DNA of 56,336 bases from Dirinaria sp. TL-2023a (taxonomy: Eukaryota), in contig JAVEBF010000014.1 of the NCBI GenBank assembly GCA_051941275.1, positions 1 through 56,336 of the forward strand, written 5' to 3'. Both the position numbers and the translations under genes were made by a program. Below are positions 25,513 through 38,900 of this stretch, one piece after another. Numbering within the stretch: the first letter of the stretch is position 1; each line of letters opens with the position of its first letter. The notes under the pieces are model-generated. The model was not told the DNA's origin. It saw only the letters and a list, made by a program, of their open reading frames with translations, and did no database searches.

Positions 25513-27304
25513 CAATCGTATATCACACGCTTGTGTTCAATCTCGGCGCTGTGAGCATCAAGAATCGCAATTAATGTCCGTGACATCACGTAGCCACACC
25601 ATGACATGAGTATGAAAACGAGCAGGATACTTTTGATTAGAAAAGTTTGTGTGCTCATGCTCAAGAGCACTTTACCAGAAGAAGCAGCGTCTGAGGCTTT
25701 GTCTCTCCTCTCGGCCGTCGCTCCTAACGTTACTCTTGTGGGATCTTTGGCCTTGCGAGTTATTGCGCACTTTCCTGCAATTTGCTAATCCCCGATGACT
25801 GATGCGATACATTGGGCCAAGGTATATAAGGCTGCAGTGGCATAATCCGGGAGAGGTTTTGATGATCCGGAACGGAAATTGAACTAAAGGGTCATTTGAT
25901 GAACCAGCAAGAGTCAGCTGGGTGAAGTATGGGTATGGGCGCACTCTGGACCTGACTTTATAAGCGTCTATTAGCCAGATCACCCTGCGCGGGTTTAGCG
26001 ATTTAGCAGGGAGATCGCAAGCTGTCCAGGGAAAGTTATCGTATGATAACAGTAACACGGAGATACGTGGGCAAAGCGCTGTGATCTATGAGCTGCGTTC
26101 ATGAAAGCTTCGAGGAGACGCTCAATCAGTCGAAGGGGATTTCCTAGCCGTGGGGACCCAGTCTCGAAATTCCATGTTTGCGGTACGAGGTACTCGTAGC
26201 TTAAACTTTAAGATAGAGAATAAGATACATGTAAGCTATGAATATTTTGCGCCAAGCCTAGCCTAGCCAAGCCAACAAATAACCGCAGGAGCGCGGCTAT
26301 TGGTCAACCTAAAGCACCAAAGGCTCTTCACAATCGCAGATACTGCACTTCAGCTTACAGCTCACAGCTCAAAGGCATAGAAACATTCGAAACATGTAGT
26401 TCTGTCTGACACTATAGGCTTGGGCACGCTTTGAATGGCTCATGAAAAGCTACCTAGGTAAGGTTTATTTGGGGTAACGGAAAACATGGAAAGCAAAGTG
26501 GTGGGTTTCCATTTCCATTCTCAAGCTGAGGATTCGGCCGGTCCTCCCTCTGACGAAGTTTCATGACCCCCCTTTCTGGTCAAAGTTGTCTACCACGGCA
26601 CATGAGCGATTGGTTAGAATGGTTCCTACGAAACGATTAGTCGCAACCCAGAGAAAAGCAATGTCGGTGGTAGGTTCTGCATTGTTCAATCTTGTATAGA
26701 CTGTCGCATTGTAAGCTCGCACATTTCTATGAACGTGGCCGTCTCCCGCTCTTTTTTTGCGTTTCAAACTGCTGCCGCATCAATTTCATATGCCCCATCC
26801 AGATGTCATTTTGCCTACGTGTCAGCATTCCACGGTCGATCGACTCCAGCCTGGTGAGCTTTGTTTTCGCCAGGCCTCCAAAAACCATATCTATGAATTG
26901 CAACGAGTTCGTAGAGTTCATTTTATTCAGGGCATATGAGGAAGCGATCTTACCTTAAAGTAATCCTAATCTAGGTAATACAAATAACGAACTATCGTCC
27001 AAAGCCGGTCTTGGCGTCCGCTCGGCAGCAACATACTCCGAGCGTGCAGTCGCTCTGGACTTTGTCGCACTTTCCCTCGGCCATTTCAGCAAAATATCGA
27101 TTGTAAAGTACCTCCTTCACTTGCCCACATGTACTTTGGCACCTGGAAAGAGCATCTGGTCGTCCTACCAGGAGTACTATCTGTCCCTAATCCTGCTTCT
27201 GCTTCTCCTTCATCTCTCCTGTTTCCTCTGCAAGTTGCCTTATTCCCCCCTATTTGATGCTCTAAGTAGAGGGCTCGCCATCCTGAAGGCATGACTGCGT
27301 GGCC

Positions 27305-30300
27305 ATGGCTCTTGCGGAACTCTCTGTAAATAACGTAGCGAAAAATGGACGAGCTCCCGAAACCCCCCCCGGCAGCCTACCCGATGACAATCTCAACTCC
27401 CGAACACCGAACTATAGAGCCAAAGCTGGGCTGCTACCAACTCCTTCGTCTATTCAGAGCATGCTAAAGACAACTACCGAGATAGGAGATGTTGGTCTTC
27501 TTGCATCCAAGCACGCCCGTCCCAAGAAACCAAGAGTGAACGAAAGCATCACTCGCCCAGCCTACCAAACGCCACTTTCGCAAGCTTCGAGCTCAGTTCG
27601 TTCAGTAACAGGTACGCCACGCCAATATGGATATTCATATCAGCAGGCAGGTCGAGGGACTCCGTACAGCGCTACGCATTCTCAGAAAGGCACCGTTAGT
27701 GGCGCTTCCAGCATCTACTCCATGTATCGCAATCGCAGTGAGACATCTTTTCGCAGCCAGCCTCCAGTACTATTTCGCGGTCCTTCTCGCGGTCCAGTGG
27801 GGATCGAAGACAAGTCTTACTTTACCATACAAGATTCCAGCGTTAATCGCAGTCTTGCCACCAACATGACACAGATGAGTTCTCATTTCCAAGGTCATCC
27901 TGATCTACGTAGCCTGAGACCGAGGTCACCGCTCGTTTATCCTACACGCCTCAAACGCCCCACGTACAGGCCTTCATCACCGGCCTTGGGTGAAGTCTAC
28001 CAATCTGTGGCGGGGTCACCACATGCCTCGAAGCGAGCCCCTAGTCTTGGTACAAACTCGCCTTTGTCTTCTGAGAGCATAACTACGGGCTGGCAGCGGA
28101 GTGGCAATGGATTAGATCCAATGCTAAGCCGCCCTCACATGTACCCGAATCACCATTACACTAAAAAGCAGTATTTCCTAAATGGACAACATAGCAGAAT
28201 AAACAACCCCAGGGTCTATGATGCAATCCCAACACCATCGCCAATCAGTGTCTATCCAAATACGCAGTATATTTCAGATATCGAGAACCAAGCTCAACCC
28301 TTTTTCTACGACTATTCTGAAGGCTTCCAACAACAACCGTATCGTCATACTTCGAGCTTGGTGCCTGATGGTTACCAGACACATTTTGAAGACTCTGGCC
28401 GATATTTCGACGAGCTCAGTACCGGTGGTAAGGATGAGTCTGATCCGCAAATCTTCGAATCGCCAGCGGACGATCCACTGTCTGTGACAATAGCGCCTGG
28501 GACGTCCCAAAAGAATCATGAAGAAGTCGGCTTAGAAAGTCCAAAATCAGTCTCGAAAAGGTTTTCTTATGCTGTGTCGGCCAGGAGATCTGCAGTAGTA
28601 CCCAATCCAGGTCCAGAGAAGGCCAGCATGGATTACAAGCGAACTTCGCAAGCTGCATCTGCTAGAGATACTCTGAAACACGCATCAAATCCAGTTGCCT
28701 ACGACGTGGAGAGCGTGGATGATCACACAAGGGTGCCCTTCACCGAGGCATCACATAAAAAGAGCAACGTTGAGGAAAGTATGCAGCAACCAGATAGCGC
28801 ACAACACCGTCCTTTCGTTCGACATACAGTGGAACACAGTACGCTCTCGTCCTACAAAAAAAGCCAGGAAATCCTGGCAGAGGGGCCTAACTATATGACA
28901 GGTAGTGCAAACGCATCTTTGTATTCCAGAGGCAGTCACTCGCCTTCCTTATCCAATGGATCTATGTACTCCACCCAGTCGGCTTCAAATCCCCCATCTG
29001 AACGATTACAGTGTCACAATAAGCCATATAGAGATACTGCTCTGATGGAGTCTTCATCTCGACAGCAAAATCAACATTCTCCGCCGGTGATTCTGCGAAA
29101 TCCATCACCTGAGGCAAGGAGGGCTTCCAGAACTGAAGAAGCTGACACGGAGATATATTCTCCAATACCCAAGCGTTCGATGTCTTCACGCGGTAATCGA
29201 GAAAGGTTTAGCAGTATCCTATCAATTGACGAAGGTATCCCTGAACTGGGCACCGTTGCTCAGGTTTCTAAGCGCCAGGCAAGACCCAGCGTAGCCAACA
29301 TCGTCAGCCAAGAGGATCGTACAAGCGGGAAGATCGATTTGCCCCATCGTGTACTTGAAGAGAGCTATTCACCTCGAGAGCTCCAGGAAACCTCCAGAGC
29401 GCAAGCGGCTGTTGTACGGAATGATCAGCAGCGCTTACCGACGGTATCATCCCACCAGAGCTATGTTGATCAAGCATACCAAATTGGAAGGGAAACAGAA
29501 GCTCGTGACGCAATTAATCTTGCCGAAATGCCGAGTCATCCTTTTCGCTACTCGAGCGCAAGCACCTCAAGGTCCATGTCTATGCCGCAGAGATCTGCTA
29601 TCAATCTCCTGGATCCTCCAACAAAAACAGGTTCTGCGTCTCAAATTCAAGAAAATAGGGCTCCCTCTGACACGGCATCAATTCAACCTGCCGGGCAAGA
29701 GGACCTGAATGAGCCTCAGACTCTCGACACGCGTCCTCCACGGCCTAGAAGCTCTATAGTATCATTCGCACCTCCTCCACGGCGAGATTTCGCTCCTCTA
29801 CCTTTCTCATTTACACCTCTTCGACCAGAGGAACGGGAGGAGGGTGAATCAGTCACTGAGCTGGGAAAGCTGGCAGCATCCTATTTGAACCAGCCTGATC
29901 GATACGATTCAGAGCCTTCTGATACGCCGCCTAGACCTAAAGAGACGAACGTTGCTGATCGAGCTTCCGTGATTGCTTCCATATCATCCAAGGGAAGGAC
30001 TATCAATAGCGAAAATTGTGAGCTGGAGTCAGCGCCAGCATTTGAGATAACAATTCCAGAGTCTATGCCGCATTCGCGCCAGGCGCAGCCCCAAAGCCCA
30101 TCGCGATTCAAGATCAAAGTGCAGGGAACTTCGACATCGGTAAGGGGGGCCCTGAGAAAAAAACCTCGACCGTCGGCGGAGAACGAGCGGGCCGGCAAAG
30201 AGAGCTGCAAGGTTAGCGGAGTGACACTGTTTTCTTCTCTGGTGCTCGTACTAAGCAAGCATATTAGCGACGTCTCAGCACCTCACAAAATCCCGTCAAC

Positions 30301-30819
30301 TCCAAATCTACCAGCACAAAAAGACCAAACCTATTCTCAATCCCAGGCCAAAACAACAGCAGTAGGCCAAACCCGGCACAGACTCGTTTTGTGGAGTCTT
30401 TCGAGCTGCAATGCCAGAGCCATCCTACAATCACGCTTGTTCCTCCTTCGCCAGGCCTAAATCTGGAAGCGCAAAGCTTCTTCTCCGATGACAGCTCACA
30501 ACTGCCCCCAAAAGGCTCCCTCAGGAAACGGATTTCGCAGATGCGAGCCATGGCGTCCCGAGCCAGTACTTCGGAAGATGTCAGAGCACCAGACCGTGCA
30601 TTGCTTCATTCCGCTATGAGTAGGTCGCGGGCTAGTCGGCGTACTAGTGGACACAGCGAGCGTAGTCGCCGCAGTGGGCGCTCTGCAAGAGAGCTCCGCC
30701 GTGCCCAAGATACCAGTTGGCGGATCGTAAAAAACCTCAAAAAATGGCTACGTCGTATCAAAAATAGATGGAGCGACAATAATCACCACTCATCCTCCAA
30801 GTCGTGCGCTGGCGTTTGA
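27305..30819 (+). CDS. Large Ser/Pro/Arg-rich disordered hypothetical protein
   Basis: ATG 27305 (ccATGg); ~970-codon exon, phase-0 intron 30212-30267, last exon to TGA 30819. Short motifs SIQSMLKTTTEIGDVG, RPRSPLVYPTRLKRP.YRPSSP, FFYDYSE. Confidence 0.75.
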
Positions 30820-33237
30820 TTGCAGAGAAAATCGTTACAAGAGGATCGCTTTTGTGATTCACGGCTCACACGCATACATATCATGCTCTTAATTATTTTT
30901 CCACCTGAGCTCCTCCTCTGAAGCTCAACGATCACCTTTTCAGGCCCACACTATGATTGCTTGAGCATACCACACATATAGGGAGGCAGCGTTATTTATT
31001 TTCGCGAAGTCATCTGTTAGACAACCACATTCGTATTTGCTCAGTTTTGGCATTCGAAGCCTGCTTTTGCTATCAACCACATACATGTATGCTAATTGCA
31101 ATTGCCCTCGGGCATGCGAGTGACATAGCGAGGTAGACAGTTCTGCGTACAGCTTCAGTTTTAATGTGAGAGATTTAAGGAGAACGACATCTCCTATATT
31201 GCTCTATGATGTCCAACAACTCGATCGTTACTTCTTTCCCTGTAGCTGCTCATGCCTCACAATTCTGGAATGCGATACGGGTCCCTAGTGCGAGTACGCA
31301 GTCGAGTCGTCCAAATTGACACTTCCAGCAACTAAACAGCTAGTCCCGCAGTGATGCCCGATGTCCAAAACTATCCTACTATGCACAAATGAATCTAACC
31401 GAACCCTCGAAATCGAAATTGAGATTGATGTGTTGTAAGCAGTAAAAAAAATGTGCGACAATCCAAATGAAAATGGTCTGGCACGGAAGAGGTTGGGAAA
31501 ACCGTTGAATTCCAAGATCATATGCAGCTAAGCGGAGAAGCATCAAGATGAAGATTCAATCGCCGAATCCGGGTGCTGGATTGGAGAAGAGGTTTTGTTG
31601 AGAGGTGAGTCATCTTTCTGTAACTCTCTCAACGCCGAGTTTTTCACAAGAACGAGCTGAATTAGGGAAAACGTCGGGGATCATAAGGTACGGGGCTGTG
31701 GGGAGAGAACCGTGGCGCGCTTTGCCAGTGGGAGGATTTGAGCAAATATTGCTGCGGTGAAATTCACTCAACGTATTCGGGTTTCATGTGGTTTTGAGCG
31801 ATTTTGTGCGCCGTTGCTGTATAAAAAAGGAGGACCTCCCTTGAAGCTCTTCAACCTGGCAGCCTTTTTTGAACATCTTTTATGAGCAACTTGAAATCTG
31901 AATATACCGTACAAACCCGTACTGAAGTGACGAAATTCTTTTCATACACACAAATTTCTATAGCTGAAACCTTACTCCTCACATACCAAACTGGATGATA
32001 GAGACGTTGGCGCTCATCATCGAAGAAATTATCATAGATATACCTTACCCCATCTCCTGGTCCATATATTAAATGGCTCGCTTCCCGTGGCGTCGTCATG
32101 CCTCCGGCATCGAGGCTCTTGAGGCCCAATATGCGGTGCGCCATAGCCGCTTCCCTATCTTAAGGCGTGCTTTGTGCTGGCTACAGTTGCTAAGGCGACG
32201 CGACGACGATGACACGATCTCAGACGAGGAACGAGAGTTTTGCCGGCCTCGGAGTGGTGAATATACAAACTGGAGATTTGATATATCAGAGTTCGACGAC
32301 CATGCTGTCGACGACGTTGAAGCTCTGAGACTATAATAGGAGGAAACATGGGCAGACTCATGCGCTATTTGCGTCCAAACAGCGGGCTCATGGGAACATT
32401 GGCAGCGAAAGACCGCAGTACCTCAACACCTCGAGAGAATATGCCGTCGGCAGCTTACGAGAAGCTCGGTAGGTTCGATCCTTTGCGAAAATAGTGTTTG
32501 GATGGCACGCGCTATCCATCGGATTTGTCGTTGACCAGAGATACAGGTGGAGCGAACCCGGTGTATCTTCTTCTAGCCGCAGCGATAGCGGCATTGGTTT
32601 TCAAAGCAAGCAGTAAACGTAGGACGACAAGCCTTTACTGCAGAACATCACTTCGGGGCTGCGAGCGTCAAACCGGAAGTATTGATTCAGTAGCCTCCAC
32701 AAGAAACCTTTTCATGGCGCTGCCAGTTAAAATTTGCACTCCTAGGACGCCCGAAGGCCCCAAGAAGACCTGTTGCCATTGCATGGTTGGCAAGGGTCCA
32801 AGCCTTGCTGTCGAAATGGGACGAATTATAAACGTACGATACGTACTCCAGCTGCGCGAACCCACTAAACTCAGCAAACATAGCTTCTGTTATTCCGAAA
32901 GCTTTCCCCGACTTTCTCAACCGAATGGCGGTGTATCGACAGTTACATTGATCTCAGGAAAACCCTAGAGGCAACATTGCCTTACTTTCTGTGCTGGAAC
33001 CCTGTTGACAGATCAAAGACAGTATGAAGAATGGTCACAGAAGCAGCGAAGAAGATAATGGCGAGAGTGGACAGCCTTGCCATACACACGATAAAGGAAG
33101 CGGCAGCAAACATCAAGCCTCAAATGAGAGGCTTCAAGCTTTCCAAAGAAACCTAGACCTTGGTTCAAAGAATGAACTGACTTCGTTCAACCTACGATCA
33201 CGAGAATCATCAAGTGCGTGTCCAAAAGTTACGCCCA

Positions 33238-35459
33238 TCAGAACACCTGGTTGTTTGTAAGCCATCTTTCGTCCACTCGTCAGGGGCTAGGGGCAATGGG
33301 ACGATAAGAATACTCACAGCACCGCCAATAATGAAGACTCTTTCTTCTTCCCTCCGGACCCACTGAATAACTTTGTTGGCACTTTGGGCAAGCGCGTTAC
33401 GGCTAGTGTTTGGGCCGGCCACACAGTACATCTCGAATTGTGGAGTTACCCACGCCAAAGATACGGCACTGCGACTGATGAAATGGTGCACTTTGAGGTG
33501 TGCATTCTTGGCATGCACATTACCGTGCAGATTTTGGTATAATGAAAGCAGCCTGCGAATCGAATGAGAGCTGCGGCTGCTGTAAAAATATATGTTGTGT
33601 CCTACCTTCTTCGGGCGACCATGCTAGCAAAGTAGGGTTCATAGGAGGGCATAACAAATTGAACATTGGCTCGAGATTTAAATAGAAAATGTCTCAGAAC
33701 TGTACCTGGGACAATGTCTGTGGCCTTTAGACGTCCTTCAAGTACAGCTGATCGTATGATCTCCAGGCTGCCATTATCATTGAGGCTCTTGCGTGAGCTC
33801 GAATTAGCTTGATAGTGATTGAGCATGGGGGGTCAGATCTAACCTTTACTAGGGAATCTCGCATTTCTCTAAGTTCATAAAAGCTTTCCTTCTTTGCGCT
33901 AATGAGGAGTATGACTACTTCATCCTCCCGCGCAGACTTGTGGTCCCAGTGATCGCCATGTTTACCATGTGCGTCTATACCACCCGCGCAATGATTTTCG
34001 ACCCAACTAACGTACATGTATAGGTAGCCAGTCTTGTTGAAGCCAGGTAAACATAACGGGATCCAGTTCTCCCCACCACCAGCTTTGACACCATCCGCTT
34101 CAAAAAGCATGTTGAATATCAGCTGCAAATCACCAGGGTGTAGGGAGTGTCTCCGGGGCCTAACGACACTAACGAGCCTTCCTCTGGCAACGATCATACC
34201 GTATAGTAGACTGTCGCATCTTGACTGCAGCATAGTGTTATTGATTGACTGGCGGTGCGATTTGCGAAGCTTAAGACATTCCACGGCAGAAAGCAATGAG
34301 GATGATGAGCCCCGCGTGAACTCGTCAGCTAGAGCAGAAAGCAATGGCTCTGTTCCTTGCAACGGACGTCTCAGATCAGTTGAAGGACGATTTGAGAACA
34401 AGTGATTCAGGGTTGGTAACGTCAGAGTCGACAGTATCTGCATATATAAGGCTTCCAACTGCAGACGGAGCTGGTTATCGTTTTCTCCAAGCCGACTGAT
34501 GGCGGCTAGATACAAAGGTCCTTGAGACATAACCACAAACCTGGAACCGCCGGCTGTGAACCCTCTCAACTGATCATGAGCGCCCTCAAAGAAAGAGATG
34601 ATAGTCTGAATGATACCAATGAAAGACGATATTAGATTGTCATCTCCGTGACGGTTGTAGACAGGCTTTCCAGCGGAAGAAAGAATGAGGAAGTGTTTTC
34701 TTTTTGCTTTCCATTGCCTCAAGAGCTGCTCTAAGTCAATCCTTTAGTAGCCTGCCAGCAGCTACCTTGGTGACTCTCACCTTCGCTGCCAGCAGTTGCG
34801 CTCAACTGCTCTATCTCGTCGAACTCGTGATCAAAATTACGCATCATTTCTTCGTCCTCATTTTCAAGAAAACCAAGGTTACCCAATTCTTCGGTTTGAG
34901 TTCCCTGTAGTCTCCACGCGGTGCCTTCTGATGATCTTCCGATTATCTCACCGAGTAAACTTTCTACGTCTGCACCAGCTTCAAGCGTGGGAGCATAACT
35001 TCTGACACTAGATGAGTCGGCTTGACGTTCTTTATGATCCTTCAGATTGCGGATGCTATCGAAGCCCTTAAAGTACTTGCCAGAAGTTGCTGGCTCAGCT
35101 TGTGCAGCGAAAGTCTCTCTTGAGCCATCCTGATATGACTGCGTGTGGATATCGGTAAGAGATAGGGCAATGGTAGCTGATGATTGGAGGGGTGGTCTTG
35201 ACGACTTCGGTACTCTCAGATTGCTTCCTGCGGCAGGTCTTGGTGGCAGCGGTGGTCGTGCTTCACGTTCAGTCTCGTCCTCTTGTGACATTGTGCCGAG
35301 TCTTGCCGAACGATGGCGCAATGGTTGCATTTCACCTTCATCCGATGCGCGGTCTGGCAGTCCGAGTGCCAGGCCATAGTCACCTCTGGTTTGCGGAAGG
35401 GCAGTCTTGTCGGGACGTGCATCATTGGCTTGGATGGATGCAGATTCTGGAGGAGTCAT
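33238..35459 (-). CDS. MON1: Vacuolar fusion protein Mon1 (Ypt7/Rab7 GEF subunit)
   Basis: ATG 35459. Longin-domain motifs [48 protein letters not shown]; ends [13 protein letters not shown] through a tiny terminal exon (stop 33238). Confidence 0.93.
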
Positions 35460-35935
35460 TGGCAAGCCTTGTCGGCTCTTCAGGATGACCGCGCGATAGA
35501 TAATGCTACGGTCATGCCTCGGCCCAGCTTGAGAAGCAGTTGGATACGAATACGTTAAGAGAGTACCTAGATAAGTCGCGCGGCTAAAGTAAAGTACGAC
35601 TCATGTACAGCGAAACCGGTAATCTATACACACGATGTAAAGTACAGGTTTCTGATAAGATAAGATCTCCACTGTACGAGTACCTACGAGCCAAGGGAGC
35701 CTCGGAGCCTCGGAGCCTACATGCAAGGCATGTTCGTACGTAGAGCAAGATTGGCAGGTATCTGCTTCAAGCTCTTGTTGCCTGCTACCAACAGCAAGCT
35801 CTCTATAGTCAGTGATTTGATACATGAATCGGCTTACTGCTTTAGCGGTCTGTGATTTTACTTCAAAAAACATATCAGAAATAATGCTACCCCATCATCT
35901 TGATCTGTCTCTGCTTAGTGTGGCCTTTCAACATT

Positions 35936-38900
35936 ATGTCTCTCGAACCCTCCCATCTGCAAAAGTCTAGCTCGCCGGCAACATTAGATAAGTCTTCGCG
36001 TGCGGCATTCAAAAGGAGAATAAAGATAGACGATGGTTGAGAATTCCCACAGCTCTTCTGCATGCACTTAGAAACGCTGATTGCGGCCAGAACCAACCAA
36101 GAAAGACAGGAATTATCGTAGATATGCATCAGCCGTCGAACGAGCACTATCTCTGTTCGATACAACCCTGCAAGAATGGGCGGATTATATCTCGTTTCTC
36201 AGCCGCTTGCTCAAGGTACGCCTTATGCAATGCGCGGTTGTCGAAAATGTGACGCTTACTTCCTGTCCCATAGGCTCTGCAGTCCAGACCAACCGGAGTC
36301 GCTGAAATTCCCCATAAATCTCTTGTAACAAATCGTCTAGCGCAGTGCTTAAATCCGTCGTTGCCATCTGGAGTCCATCAGAAGACTATCGAGATCTACA
36401 CGTACATATTCGGTTTGTTGGGCGTAAGACAAGCAAAATTCTATCAGACGAAGTAGCAGCTCGCTAAACTTTGCTGGTAGAAAGATGGCCTCCAAAGAGA
36501 CTTGCCGCTATATTTGCCAGGATTGTCCTCCACGTTAACCTTTGCATCACTTTCGATAAGACCAGCCCTACTGTCCTTGTTCGAGAACTATATCCTAGCA
36601 CTCGATGGCTTCGTCTTGCGGCCAGCTTTGAAAGCGATCATCTTGGCCTTGCTTCCAGGACTTGAGGACGAGACCAGTGAAGAGTTCGAGCACGTCCATG
36701 CATTGTTGGCCAAATTCAAAAGTGTGGGCGCCAGCGCTCATGGTATGACTACAACGGGTGTAAAGGCTGCAACTGAGCAGTTCTTTTGGCAATGCTTTTT
36801 CCTGGCTTCGATCACAAGCTCGAGCCGTCGACAGGGCGCCTTAGCCTTCCTTTCCCGACATCTACCGAAACTGGGACATGGGTTGGCCTTACCTCAAACA
36901 GACAGCTATGAAAGTTCGAGGAAAGTAGACCAGGACTCTAATGAAGCATCTCATCGAACTACCTCGGCAGTCATAACGCCAGAACCGGGCCTCCTAATTC
37001 GATGCTTTGAAAGTGGTCTACGTGATGAGCAGCTCCTTATACAAAGGGGCTTTCTTGACCTTCTAGTCACCCACTTACCCTTGGATTCGATTTTACTTCG
37101 CGGCAAGGTCACTCGTGAAGATACAGAGAGAATCGTGGCTGCTGCTGTCTCAGTGGTGAGCCGACGCGATATAAGTCTAAATAGAAGGCTTTGGACGTGG
37201 CTTCTTGGTCCCGCACATTTCACTGAGTCACAAAATGGGATACCTACCTCTCCCGAATCTTCAATGAGCGTTGGTGAAACAAAAAAAATGCCTCTCCAAA
37301 CTTATGATCAACCGAGCTATTTCCGCCAATTCGCTCTTGATCCTTTAGAGCGCAGTATACTGAAGATGATCAAAACACGATCTACAGCACCCTTAGACAA
37401 AATCCGTCCTTTCCGCATATGTTTGTCCATAATGGATAGATCGGAAATTGGCGAGATCGTTGTGCCTCGGGTCATTCTCCCTCTACTGGACAGTGCTTAT
37501 CAGTATCAAGATTTGGCCCCATCGCAAGAATGCTTTGAGGAAGTTTTGCGTAGTGCAAAAGTCTTCTTTGATAGTGTGGAGAGTGGGCTTATCTGGGGTC
37601 AAGTGTTCAAGCTCCTGCAAAGTAGCTTCAATGAAGGTGTGGCTTCGGAAGACGCTCAAAGTCGTATCGACCTTGTTCTATTCTTAATCATTCGATTCAA
37701 TGTCAGGGACGAGGAGATGCAAACAATCCACATGCCTTTAATAACTTTGATGCTTGTGATATGCCTGAGGGAAAGCATGCCAGCGCCGACGAGTCACCGG
37801 ATTGCAGAGCAAACAGAGATCTATTCTACCGCCCTTCGCATCGCTCTCGTCCTTCAAGATTTCATTCCGAAGCGAGCCTATGCCGCCAGTCTGGCCTCCG
37901 AAAACCCGGTTTTCCCTGAGGAGAGTAGTGACTTGATCCATATGAACCAGACACTACTTGACAAGATTCACGATTTCTATATTGAACATCATGGGAGCGT
38001 CAAGCTAGCCCATCATCTTACAAATTCGCCGATCATTGGTGAAACAATATTAAACAACACAATTTTACTCATCCTTCAGAACCTCAAAAACGAGTTCTAC
38101 GTGAAACACATCGATTTAGCATTATCTCTTTTTGACAAAGTCATTCGAAAGATTCCCGGCCCAAAACACTTAGGAGAAGACGAAATATTATCCGTCCTCT
38201 GCGAAGCTTCTGTAAGCACGAATCTTGTTGACAACGATGGGTTTTCCATGACACCTATCACAGCAATCATATCAGTCTTGGAGACCTTTTCTACTGCCTT
38301 TCCTTCGTTCTGGCTTTCAAATTACAAGACGCGGCAATTGATTCCTAATATCATGTCCAAGTCATGGTCTGGGCTATCTCCTTCGAAACCACAAGTTAAT
38401 GTTGAAGCAGCTCGCTGCATTTGGCGACTTCACGTCGTTCTGTCATGCAATAAGACGGTTGAAGGAGCACTTGCGACTATGCTGAGCAGCAACTCCAAGA
38501 AACCCCTCGTCGAATCTCAGCTGGAGAGTACCCGCCGATTCGTGGTCCTGTGGACACACAGCATTAGCTCGTCAGGCAGTTTGCAAAGTCCCCGATCAAA
38601 TGTTTCTCGGAGACGAAGTCAGAAATTGGAGAACCGAACCGAGAAATGCGTGTCGGCAATGGATTTTCTCGGTCGGCCGTTACTGCTGCTATTAGACTCT
38701 CTGCTCGGTGCGAAGACAGACGTGTCCATCTTCGTAAGTAGCTGGCTTCGGTCTTTAGCGAACATTCGGGAGTGCGCACAAATCTCTCTCTACAAACTGT
38801 AAAGATTGAGAGCTCACAATGTATTCCAGGGTTATCGAGCTCCTCCTAAGCCGTACAATCATGAACAAGCGCTTGAAGTCGCAATTCATGACGAATCCCT

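Noticed and set aside
25944..26055. Hammerhead ribozyme (CTGA...GAAA with stems)
   Set aside because: No CUGAUGA core and the stem order is incompatible.
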